This document shows, piece after piece, positions 17,129-25,869 of a stretch of 25,869 bases of DNA (positions are counted from its first letter, which is position 1; every line of letters starts with the position of its first letter). The position numbers and the translations under genes are program-made. The DNA is taken from sequence record SRR20825019_2783; one strand, 5' to 3'. A model generated the notes under the pieces. It did no database searches, was not told the origin of the DNA, and saw nothing but the letters and a program-made list of their open reading frames with translations.

Positions 17129-19840
17129 ATGCCGACTCCTCACACATCCCATTCCGGTGCGACTTCCCCCAGACAGATAGCCTGGCATGCAGCGGATGTG
17201 GCTGAGGTTTTTGAGCGTCTTGACAGCAGCGAACAGGGGCTGTCCGGTGAACAGGCCAGTGAGCGCCTGTCAAAGTATGGTCCTAACCGGCTTCCGGAAG
17301 GAGCCCGGCGCGGTCTCTGGCAGCGTTTTCTGTCGCAATGCAATAACGTTTTAATCTATGTCCTGATTGTTGCCGCCGTTATTGTCTTCCTGCTGGGACA
17401 CTGGGTGGATGGCAGCGTTATCACGGCCGTCATTCTTATCAATGCCCTTATCGGTGTGGTGCAGGAGGGCAAGGCGGAGGATGCCATTGCCGCCCTGGGG
17501 CGGATGCTTACCGCCAGTGCCGTGGTCAAACGCGATGGCAGCAAAATCACGCTCAGTGCTGACAATCTGGTGCCCGGTGATATCGTGTTTTTGCAGGCCG
17601 GTGATAAGGTGCCGGCTGATTGCAGGCTGATAAAGGCAAAAAATCTGCAACTGCAGGAAGCGGTACTGACCGGTGAATCGATGCCGGTGGATAAAAGTGC
17701 CGATGCCGTCGACCCAGCCACTCAGCTCGCTGATCGTCAATGCATTCTTTACTCGGGCACGCTGCTGACTTTCGGTCAGGCGACCGGGGTCGTGATCGCA
17801 ACCGGTGCCGATACCGAATTGGGCAGAATCAGTAGCCTGCTGTCAGAAGTGCAGGAAATCTCCACGCCGCTGTTAAAACAAATCGCCTTATTCAGCCGCC
17901 AACTCAGCCTCATGATTGTCCTGATTGCCGCGCTGACCATGGTGGTCGGCATACTGGCTCATCAGTATTCCCTTAGCAGTATGTTTATGGCAGCGGTCAG
18001 TGTCGCGGTGGCAGCGATTCCGGAAGGGCTGCCGGCGATTATGACCATCACACTCGCTATCGGCGTACAGAAAATGGCGACCAGAAAAGCCATTATCCGC
18101 AGTCTGCCGGCGGTGGAAACGCTGGGCTCAGTCACGGTTATCTGCACCGATAAAACCGGCACCCTGACCCGTAATGAGATGACCGTCACCGAGATGCTGA
18201 CAGGCAAAGGACAGGGTTATCAGCTGACTGGCAGCGGCTATGATCCGCATGGTGATATCAGGCAGGGTGATAAAACGGTAGATGCCGAATCATGTCCTGA
18301 GCTGCAGCAGCTCATTAGAGCCGGTCTTTTGTGTAACGATGCGCGTCTGTTGCACAAGGATGATCGCTGGCAATGCGAAGGTGATCCGACGGAAGGCGCG
18401 CTGCTGAGTCTCGCCGCCAAAGCCGAGTTTGAAAGCCTCTATGAAGAAGAATCCCGGCCCAGACTGGATATCATTCCTTTCGAGTCGGTGCATCAGTTTA
18501 TGGCGACGCTGCATCACGACCATCAGGGGCGGCATTTTTGCTATCTCAAGGGCGCTCCCGAACGTGTGCTGGCAATGTGCCGCTATCAGTCCGATGGAGA
18601 GACACTGGATTTGGCCTATTGGCAGCAGCAGGTCAAGGAGCTGGCTTCCAAAGGGCAGCGCGTGCTGGCTCTGGCAAGTCTGGATTTTGAGGGGCAAAAA
18701 AATGAGCTCGATTTTGAGGATGTGCAGCAGGGACTGACGTTGCTGGGACTGGTGGCGATGATGGACCCGCCGCGGGAAGATGCGATTGAGGCCGTAAAAC
18801 TATGTCAGGATGCTGGCATTGAGATAAAAATGATTACCGGCGATCACAGTGATACGGCAGCGGCCATCGCTGAAAGAATGGGCATGGCCTCGGCGGTTAT
18901 CAGTGGTAATGACATTGAACAACTGGACGCGTCGGCTTTGTGCCGGGTTGTTAAAGAAAAGTCGGTGTTTGCCAGGGCTACCCCCGAACATAAACTGAAA
19001 CTGGTTAAAGCCCTTCAGCAAAATGGGGAGGTGGTGGCGATGACCGGCGATGGCGTCAATGACGCGCCGGCATTGAAGCGGGCTGATATTGGCACCGCCA
19101 TGGGCCTGAACGGGACCGAAGTGGCCCGTGATGCCTCAGATATGGTGCTGGCCGATGATAACTTTGCTTCCATCGTCGATGCAGTGGAGGAAGGGCGCAC
19201 GGTTTACGATAATCTGACCAAGGCGATTCTGTTCATTCTGCCCACCAGTGCCGGCGAAGCCTTGATTATTATTGCCGCGATTATGATGGGAGTGATGTTG
19301 CCGATTACACCGGTGCAGATCCTCTGGGTCAACATGATTACCGCGGTCACGCTGGGGCTGGCACTGGCTTTTGAGCCATCTGAGCCCGGGTTGATGGCAC
19401 GTCGGCCGCGAGCCAGGCAGACACCGTTGCTGACGATGGATTTGATTCGTCGTATTGCCTTTGTCTCCGTGGTGATGATGCTGGGCAGTTTTGCGCTGTT
19501 TATGACGCATTTAGAGTCCGGTCACAGCCTGGAAGCGGCGCGGACGGTCGCGGTGAATACATTGGTGATGTTTGAGGTGTTCTATCTGTTTAACACGCGC
19601 TTTCTGACTGCACCGGTACTGAACAAAAATGGATTGTTTGGCAATCACATTGCCTTGCTCGCGGTGGGAGTCTTATTGATTTTTCAGTTGGGCTTTACTT
19701 ATCTGCCGCCGATGCATTTCCTGTTCGGCAGCGCGGCGATAGGTGCCCAGAGCTGGCTGCAGATCGTGCTGGTGGCGTCAGTGATTTTATGGCTGGTGGA
19801 GCTGGAAAAAATGCTGATAAGACGAAAACAACGCGCATAA
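17129..19840 (+). CDS. Cation-transporting P-type ATPase (type II, Ca2+-ATPase/CtpF-like)
   Basis: 903 aa with TGES, IPEGLP, phosphorylation site [26 protein letters not shown] and about ten transmembrane segments. Confidence 0.95.
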   Translation: MPTPHTSHSGATSPRQIAWHAADVAEVFERLDSSEQGLSGEQASERLSKYGPNRLPEGARRGLWQRFLSQCNNVLIYVLIVAAVIVFLLGHWVDGSVITAVILINALIGVVQEGKAEDAIAALGRMLTASAVVKRDGSKITLSADNLVPGDIVFLQAGDKVPADCRLIKAKNLQLQEAVLTGESMPVDKSADAVDPATQLADRQCILYSGTLLTFGQATGVVIATGADTELGRISSLLSEVQEISTPLLKQIALFSRQLSLMIVLIAALTMVVGILAHQYSLSSMFMAAVSVAVAAIPEGLPAIMTITLAIGVQKMATRKAIIRSLPAVETLGSVTVICTDKTGTLTRNEMTVTEMLTGKGQGYQLTGSGYDPHGDIRQGDKTVDAESCPELQQLIRAGLLCNDARLLHKDDRWQCEGDPTEGALLSLAAKAEFESLYEEESRPRLDIIPFESVHQFMATLHHDHQGRHFCYLKGAPERVLAMCRYQSDGETLDLAYWQQQVKELASKGQRVLALASLDFEGQKNELDFEDVQQGLTLLGLVAMMDPPREDAIEAVKLCQDAGIEIKMITGDHSDTAAAIAERMGMASAVISGNDIEQLDASALCRVVKEKSVFARATPEHKLKLVKALQQNGEVVAMTGDGVNDAPALKRADIGTAMGLNGTEVARDASDMVLADDNFASIVDAVEEGRTVYDNLTKAILFILPTSAGEALIIIAAIMMGVMLPITPVQILWVNMITAVTLGLALAFEPSEPGLMARRPRARQTPLLTMDLIRRIAFVSVVMMLGSFALFMTHLESGHSLEAARTVAVNTLVMFEVFYLFNTRFLTAPVLNKNGLFGNHIALLAVGVLLIFQLGFTYLPPMHFLFGSAAIGAQSWLQIVLVASVILWLVELEKMLIRRKQRA

Positions 19841-19867
19841 AAAAGCCGGCATTAAGCCGGCTTTTTT
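19839..19867. terminator. Bidirectional intrinsic terminator between the convergent ATPase and zwf genes
   Basis: AAAAAAGCCGGC-ATTAA-GCCGGCTTTTTT: a perfect inverted repeat with a six-U tract on both strands. Confidence 0.93.
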
Positions 19868-19883
19868 ACTATTGAGTCTGAAC

Positions 19884-21350
19884 TCAGACGTTATTGCGCC
19901 AGAGGTGACAGGAGTCATCCTGAATACGGCTGACTTCTTCCGGTCCCCAGGTACCGGCAGGGTAAGTATGGATAAAGTCTTTATCCTTAGCCCATTTGTT
20001 GAGAACCGGGTCAACCACTTTCCAGGCCAGATTGACTTCATCCGAGCGCAGGAACAGGGAACGGTCACCCTGAATCGCATCCAGAATCAGTGCTTCATAG
20101 GCATCCAGGCGGTGCTTATTCTCATCCGATTCAACCGTTTCCAGTGCAACAGTATGGCTCTTGAGTTCCAGCCCCGGTTGCTTGGCCTGCAGCTCAATAC
20201 GCAGGGTATTGTCCGGTTGCAGCCCCATCACGATCCAGTTGGCATGGCTGTCACCAATCTTGGTGTCTTTGAACAGTTCCTGCGGCGGCTTTTTAAAGCG
20301 AATAGCGATCATCGCTTTTGATTCCGGCATGCATTTACCTGTGCGCAGATAGAACGGCACACCACGCCAGCGCCAGTTGTCGATGTAAACCTTCATCGCT
20401 GCATAGGTTTCGGTGACACTGTCATTCGGGACTTCTTCATCTTCCAGGTAACCGGGTTCCGGTTTGCCGTTGACTTCACCGGCGGCGTACTGACCACGGA
20501 AAGCATGCTGATCGACGATATCTTCGGTAATCGGACGAATCGCCTTCAGCACTTTGACTTTCTCATCGCGCAGAGATTCATCATCAAGATCGGCGGGCGG
20601 TTCCATCGCTACCAGCGCCATGACCTGCATCAGGTGACTCTGGATCATGTCACGCAGCGCCCCGGAATCATTGTAGTAACCGGCACGACCGCCTACGCCC
20701 TGTTCTTCAGCATGGGTGATTTGAACATGATCGATGTAGTTGCGGTTCCACAGAGGTTCCAGCAGCAGATTGGCAAAGCGGAATACAAAAATATTCTGAA
20801 CGGTGCCTTTACCCAGGTAGTGATCAATGCGGTAAGTCTGTTCTTCGGTAAAGTTCTTACGCAGCACTGTTTCCAGTTCTTCAGCACTTTTCTGGTCGAA
20901 ACCGAAGGGTTTTTCGACCACCAGATGGCGCCAGCCATCGTCTTCTTTGTTCATGCCGACGGCGGCCAGTTGATCACCCACCACACCGAACAGCGCCGGG
21001 CTGATTGAAAGATAGAACACGATGTTTTGTGGGAAACCGTTTTCTTCGGTAATCAGCTTTTTCAGCTCGTGGTAACTGAAAGCATCATTGATATCGCATT
21101 TGAAGTAGTGAACGCGATCCAGAAACTTGTTGAGAAGGTCGTTATCGACACCGCCACGTGCTTTGGGAGAGACAAACTCGGTAACTTGTTGTTTCCACTC
21201 GTCCTGTGCCGCTTCACGACGACCCATGCAGATAATGCGGGTATCATCGGTTAGCCTGTTTTCTGCATCGAGGTGATACAGAGCCGGTAACAATTTTTTC
21301 TTCGATAAGTCGCCGGTGGCGCCAAAAATAACAATTGTACAAGATTGCAT
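19884..21350 (-). CDS. zwf: Glucose-6-phosphate 1-dehydrogenase
   Basis: Motifs [34 protein letters not shown] and [14 protein letters not shown]. The Arg in MGRR is consistent with NADP+ use. GGGAG RBS. Confidence 0.98.
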   Translation of the reverse strand: MQSCTIVIFGATGDLSKKKLLPALYHLDAENRLTDDTRIICMGRREAAQDEWKQQVTEFVSPKARGGVDNDLLNKFLDRVHYFKCDINDAFSYHELKKLITEENGFPQNIVFYLSISPALFGVVGDQLAAVGMNKEDDGWRHLVVEKPFGFDQKSAEELETVLRKNFTEEQTYRIDHYLGKGTVQNIFVFRFANLLLEPLWNRNYIDHVQITHAEEQGVGGRAGYYNDSGALRDMIQSHLMQVMALVAMEPPADLDDESLRDEKVKVLKAIRPITEDIVDQHAFRGQYAAGEVNGKPEPGYLEDEEVPNDSVTETYAAMKVYIDNWRWRGVPFYLRTGKCMPESKAMIAIRFKKPPQELFKDTKIGDSHANWIVMGLQPDNTLRIELQAKQPGLELKSHTVALETVESDENKHRLDAYEALILDAIQGDRSLFLRSDEVNLAWKVVDPVLNKWAKDKDFIHTYPAGTWGPEEVSRIQDDSCHLWRNNV

Positions 21351-21429
21351 GATTTCTCCCGTTGCAGGCTATAACTCAGCCTTTGACCGTATATAATTTG
21401 CAGAATTGTACAATTTTTGGGAGATTTGC
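21351..21429. promoter_or_regulatory. 79-bp divergent promoter region between zwf and glgA-ppc
   Basis: Perfect TATAAT on the + strand at 21392-21397; perfect 12-bp palindrome AATTGTACAATT at 21404-21415; an RBS at each end. Confidence 0.6.
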
Positions 21430-22893
21430 GTGCGAAAAATTCTATTTGCCAGCAGTGAAGTGCACCCGCTGATGAAGACGGGAGGCCTGGCTGATGTGTC
21501 TGCCAGTCTGCCGATTGCACTGCGTGAACACGGTCAGGATGTGCGCATTATCATGCCGGCCTACCGTCAGTGTTTAAAGCAACTGGAGCAAATGGAAAAG
21601 GTCGCTTCAATCAAGCTCGACGGCTATCATCTGCCTGTCGATATTCTGCAGACCACGCTGCCGGACAGCGATGTGCTCTTATGGTTGTTGCACTCGCCGT
21701 ATCACTTTGATCGCGATGGCGGCCCCTACAGTCATCCCGACGGCAGCGACTGGCATGACAATGCGGCGCGTTTTGCGCTGTTGTCACGAGCCGCTGCTGC
21801 GATTGCGATGAATGAAGCCGGCCTCGGCTGGCAGCCTGATATCCTGCACTGCAACGACTGGCAGACCGGGCTTGCGCCAGCCTTGATAGCGGCTAGAAAA
21901 AACCGTCCTGAAACCGTTTTCACCATCCATAATCTGGCTTATCAGGGGCTGTTTCCCGCTGACGCGTTCCAGGCATTGGATTTACCCGACACGCTCTGGC
22001 AAATGGAAGGTCTGGAATTTTACGGCCTGTTGTCGTTTATGAAAGGCGGGCTGATTTTTGCCGATCAGATCACGACCGTCAGCCCGACCTATGCCGATGA
22101 AATCTGCACTTATGAATTCGGTTACGGGCTTGAAGGCTTGCTGGCTTACCGGCGGCAGCAGGGGAGATTGAGCGGGATTCTTAACGGTATTGATTACCAT
22201 ATCTGGAATCCAGAAACCGATCCCTTTATCAGCAAGCCCTATTCGCTGAGCCGGATCCGTAATAAAGCCGCCAACAAGGCCGCGTTACAGAAACAGTGTT
22301 TCCTGCCCGACAACAAAGACAGCCTGCTCATCGGCCTTATCAGCCGGCTGGTGTCGCAGAAAGGCATTGACCTGGCGATTGAAGCCATGGCGCGTGTGCT
22401 GGAAGTCGGTCATGATGTGCAACTGGTCTGTCTGGGTAGTGGTGAAGCCCAGTTTGAGCAGGATTTACGTGTGTTGCGGGCGAAGTACCCGGATCGGGTA
22501 GCGGTGACAATTGGCTATGACGAGGCCTTGTCGCATCAGATTGAGGCCGGTGCCGATGTGTTTATGATGCCCTCCCGGTTTGAACCCTGCGGGCTCAATC
22601 AGATGTATAGTCTACGCTACGGCACGCTGCCGATAGTTCGCAATACCGGCGGCCTTGCGGATACCGTGGTTGACGCCAGCGAAGAAAACCGCAAAGCTGG
22701 TATAGCCAATGGCTTCTGTTTTGATGAGGCCTCGGTCAAGGCGCTGGAACAAGCCCTGCTGCGAGCTGTCGCATTGTTCGCCAGGCCGCGGATATGGCGC
22801 AGCATGATGCTCGTTGCAATGCAGCACGACTTCAGCTGGGAAAACAGCGCCAATGCCTATATCAATCTCTATCACCATATTGTTAACCGGTAA
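21430..22893 (+). CDS. glgA: Glycogen synthase (ADP-glucose dependent)
   Basis: Motifs [38 protein letters not shown] and TGGLADTV. Start set to GTG 21430 ([10 protein letters not shown]), with GGGAG 6 nt upstream. Confidence 0.97.
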   Translation: MRKILFASSEVHPLMKTGGLADVSASLPIALREHGQDVRIIMPAYRQCLKQLEQMEKVASIKLDGYHLPVDILQTTLPDSDVLLWLLHSPYHFDRDGGPYSHPDGSDWHDNAARFALLSRAAAAIAMNEAGLGWQPDILHCNDWQTGLAPALIAARKNRPETVFTIHNLAYQGLFPADAFQALDLPDTLWQMEGLEFYGLLSFMKGGLIFADQITTVSPTYADEICTYEFGYGLEGLLAYRRQQGRLSGILNGIDYHIWNPETDPFISKPYSLSRIRNKAANKAALQKQCFLPDNKDSLLIGLISRLVSQKGIDLAIEAMARVLEVGHDVQLVCLGSGEAQFEQDLRVLRAKYPDRVAVTIGYDEALSHQIEAGADVFMMPSRFEPCGLNQMYSLRYGTLPIVRNTGGLADTVVDASEENRKAGIANGFCFDEASVKALEQALLRAVALFARPRIWRSMMLVAMQHDFSWENSANAYINLYHHIVNR

Positions 22894-22896
22894 TCT

Positions 22897-25740
22897 ATGA
22901 CTGACTATCAGCCTGTACTCAGTACAGTCGACAATTTGTCTTTGCTCAGCGATAAAGAGCTGCGCCAGCATGTCCGTTTTCTCGGCCATATTCTGGGCGA
23001 GGTACTGGATGAACGCGCCGGGCGGGAAGTATACGAAACCGTCGAACGACTGCGTAAAGGCTTTATTAACCTACGCAAGGACGACAACGCAGGCCTGCGA
23101 ACCGAACTGCTGAGCTTTCTGAATACGCTTGACGAGACCACGCTGCGTGAAGTCATTCGTGCTTTCAGTATGTATTTCAGTCTGGTCAACACGGCTGAAG
23201 AAGCCTTCAATTACCACAACCGGATGACGCAACTGCGTAACGGCGGCGACCTGTGGGAAGGTTCCTATCTCGATACATTGCGCCAGTTCAAGCAGGCGGG
23301 GGTATCACTGGCACAATTGCAGCCATTGCTGGATTCGCTGGTGTATATGCCGGTGTTTACTGCGCATCCGACCGAATCCAAGCGCCGTACGGTGATGGAA
23401 ATCCTGCGCCGTATCTTCCTGCTGGATGAGCAACTGACCAATGAGCCGCTGACCGCGTTTGATGAAGAGCGCACCCGCAAGGAAATCAAAAAACAAATCC
23501 AGTTGCTGTGGTCGACTGATGAAGTCCGGGCGGTCAAACCCACCGTCCGCGATGAAATCAAAAACGGCTTGTATTACTTCAATGTCAGCCTGTTCGATGC
23601 CGTACCACGCACTTATCGCAATCTGGAAAATGCGATTCGTCGGGTTTATCAGGATGAGATCGAAGCAGGGCAGGAATTTAAAGTCCCCGGGTTTGTGAAG
23701 TTCGGTTCCTGGATCGGGGGTGACCGCGACGGGAATCCCTTTGTCACCGCCGAAACCACCGAAATGGCGATCCAGCTGCAGAAACGCACTGTGATTCGTC
23801 GTTATCTGGAAGATGTGACCCGGCTGAGCTACATCCTGACCCATTCACAGCCGCTTTGCTGGATCAGTGATGCACTGGCAGAGGATATCGCCGAATCGGA
23901 GAAACGCTATGCCGGTGCCTTCCGCGCCAAACCGGATCGCTTTCTCAATGAGCCATACCGTCGCAAGCTCTACATGATGCGCCATCGGCTGGAAGATAAC
24001 CTGCGTCTGTTACAGCAATATTTTCGTCCTGATCTGGAGCCTACTGCGCTGGGACTGGCCTATGCCAATGAGGATGAATTGCTCGACGATCTCAAACTTA
24101 TCTATGACTCACTGGTCGAGAATGGTGATAAGGAACTGGCCGGTGCGGAGCTTAACGATTTAATTCGCCTGGTCGAAACCTTCGGTTTCTATCTCTACCA
24201 CCTTGATGTCCGCCAGGAATCGACCCGGCACAGCGAAACCCTGGCCGAGGTACTGCAAGCTACCGGCCTGCAGCAGAATTATCTGCAACTCGATGAAACA
24301 GGCCGCCAGCAGTTATTAACTGACTTGTTGTCTCAACCCAGTCTGCCGGACCTGCCGACATTGGATTCAGATAATCAGGAAGTACTCAATGTCTTTACAT
24401 TGATGAACCGACTGCATAGCGAAGTCAGCAGCAAAGCGTTTGGCAGCTATGTGATTTCGATGACTCATCAGGCCAGTCATATTCTGGAAGTGTTGACGCT
24501 GGCGCGATTTGCCGGCCTCTGCGGTGTCGGTGACAACGGTGACAGTTTCTGTCAGGTACGGGTTGCGCCGTTATTTGAAACCATTGAAGACTTGGGCCAT
24601 ATCGAACCGGTCATGTCTTCTCTGCTGGAAAACCCGGTTTACCGGCGTCTGCTGGCAGACTCGGGTAATCTGCAGGAAGTGATGCTGGGCTATTCGGATT
24701 CCTGTAAGGACGGCGGTATTCTCGCTTCCGGCTGGAATCTGTTCCAGGCGCAGAAGAAAATCTCCCGACTGACCCAGCAGCATGAAGTGGAATGCCGCAT
24801 GTTCCATGGCCGTGGCGGGACAATCGGTCGCGGCGGCGGCCCCACACATGATGCGATCCTTTCGCAGCCGATGGGCACTGTACACGGACAGATTAAATTC
24901 ACCGAACAGGGTGAAGTCTTGTCGTTCAAATACGGTAATGTCGAAACAGCTGCCTATGAATTAGGTATGGGCGTATCTGGCCTGATGAAAGCCTCACGCA
25001 GTCTGGTAACTGAAATCGGCCAGGTCGAACCGGCCTATCTTGATATCATGCAGAACCTCACCAGAACCGGTGAAAGCAGCTATCGCAAACTGACCGAAGA
25101 TACCGCCGGTTTCCTCGATTATTTCTATGAGGTCTGTCCGGTCACCGAAATCGGCATGATGAATATTGGCTCGCGCCCCTCGCATCGTAAACCCGGTGAC
25201 CGATCCAAGTCTTCAGTCCGTGCTATTGGCTGGGTTTTCTCCTGGGCACAATCACGACATACCCTGCCGGCCTGGTACGGCATCGGTAGCGCCCTGGAAG
25301 CCTGGCATCAGGGTGACGAGGATAAGATCGCGATTCTGCGCCAGATGGTTAAGCAGTGGCCATTTTTCCGCGCCTTGCTCAGTAACACCCAGATGTCGTT
25401 GGCGAAAGCCGATATGAATATCGCCCGCCGCTACGCGGCCCTGTGCGAGGATGCTTTTCAGGGACAGCAGGTGTTTGAACTGATTGCGGCTGAATATCAC
25501 AAGACCGTCAAACAGGTCCTGCTGGTGGTTGAAGCGGATCATCTGCTGGCTGAACTTCCCTCGCTGAAAAGTTCTCTGCGTAGGCGTGAACCTTACCTGG
25601 ATCCGATTAATTACATTCAGATTCTGTTGTTGCAGCGGTACCGGGATACGTCCGAGTCAGAACATGAACGCCAGCGCTGGTTGGATCCTTTACTACGGAC
25701 GATAAGTGCGATTTCGGCGGGGATGCGGAATACCGGTTAG
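22897..25740 (+). CDS. ppc: Phosphoenolpyruvate carboxylase
   Basis: Motifs VFTAHPTE, SWIGGDRDGNP, VMLGYSDSCKDGG, FHGRGGTIGRGGGP and C-terminal GMRNTG. Confidence 0.98.
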   Translation: MTDYQPVLSTVDNLSLLSDKELRQHVRFLGHILGEVLDERAGREVYETVERLRKGFINLRKDDNAGLRTELLSFLNTLDETTLREVIRAFSMYFSLVNTAEEAFNYHNRMTQLRNGGDLWEGSYLDTLRQFKQAGVSLAQLQPLLDSLVYMPVFTAHPTESKRRTVMEILRRIFLLDEQLTNEPLTAFDEERTRKEIKKQIQLLWSTDEVRAVKPTVRDEIKNGLYYFNVSLFDAVPRTYRNLENAIRRVYQDEIEAGQEFKVPGFVKFGSWIGGDRDGNPFVTAETTEMAIQLQKRTVIRRYLEDVTRLSYILTHSQPLCWISDALAEDIAESEKRYAGAFRAKPDRFLNEPYRRKLYMMRHRLEDNLRLLQQYFRPDLEPTALGLAYANEDELLDDLKLIYDSLVENGDKELAGAELNDLIRLVETFGFYLYHLDVRQESTRHSETLAEVLQATGLQQNYLQLDETGRQQLLTDLLSQPSLPDLPTLDSDNQEVLNVFTLMNRLHSEVSSKAFGSYVISMTHQASHILEVLTLARFAGLCGVGDNGDSFCQVRVAPLFETIEDLGHIEPVMSSLLENPVYRRLLADSGNLQEVMLGYSDSCKDGGILASGWNLFQAQKKISRLTQQHEVECRMFHGRGGTIGRGGGPTHDAILSQPMGTVHGQIKFTEQGEVLSFKYGNVETAAYELGMGVSGLMKASRSLVTEIGQVEPAYLDIMQNLTRTGESSYRKLTEDTAGFLDYFYEVCPVTEIGMMNIGSRPSHRKPGDRSKSSVRAIGWVFSWAQSRHTLPAWYGIGSALEAWHQGDEDKIAILRQMVKQWPFFRALLSNTQMSLAKADMNIARRYAALCEDAFQGQQVFELIAAEYHKTVKQVLLVVEADHLLAELPSLKSSLRRREPYLDPINYIQILLLQRYRDTSESEHERQRWLDPLLRTISAISAGMRNTG

Positions 25741-25780
25741 GGTTCTTTTCTCTGCTCAGGGCTTCCCTTTAACCTGAAGC

Positions 25781-25814
25781 CGTCATTGCGAGGCCCATGG
25801 GCCGTGGCAATCTC
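25781..25814 (+). repeat. CGTC-tagged REP-like palindromic element
   Basis: CGTCATTGCGAG-GCCCATGGGC-CGTGGCAATCTC has outer ATTGC/GCAAT arms and an inner GGCCC-AT-GGGCC palindrome. It resembles the widespread CGTCATTGCGAG...GCAATC extragenic repeat form. Only one copy is visible in this window. Confidence 0.65.
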
Positions 25815-25869
25815 TCGGAACTGGTTTTTGAATTAAAGTTGGGACGCTGCCGCGGGGCGTTCATTTATT

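Noticed and set aside
21406..21429. TTG start for glgA at 21406
   Set aside because: It has no RBS and falls in the palindromic promoter region. GTG 21430 has GGGAG and fits the family N-terminus.
1..25869. Novel defence system, CRISPR array, prophage, IS element, tRNA/rRNA or pseudogene
   Set aside because: Every gene maps to a known housekeeping family with an intact frame. Internal intergenic gaps are under 90 nt, and I saw no repeat-spacer array, transposase or integrase motif, or obvious compositional island.

Overview
Gammaproteobacterial chromosomal window of roughly mid GC, almost fully coding. Bases 1-16155 (minus strand) hold a Pseudomonas-like polar flagellum and chemotaxis cluster: fliL2, fliL, fliM, fliN, fliO, fliP, fliQ, fliR, flhB, flhA, flhF, fleN(flhG), fliA, cheY, cheZ, cheA, cheB, motC and a partial motD. 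A near-consensus sigma54 promoter sits immediately upstream of fliL. The rest is housekeeping: psd followed by a P-type cation ATPase (+), a bidirectional terminator, zwf (-), and divergent glgA-ppc (+), ending in a CGTC-type palindromic repeat. I found no mobile element, CRISPR array, RNA gene or clearly novel multi-gene system. The most notable details are tandem FliL paralogues with different topology and apparently different promoters; a CheA whose P2 region appears replaced by two short helices resembling the CheY-binding peptides of FliM and CheZ; a duplicated palindrome in the compact zwf/glgA-ppc divergon; and non-canonical ion-site residues in the P-type ATPase. The gene set is reminiscent of Methylophaga-like marine methylotrophs, but that is an unverified impression.
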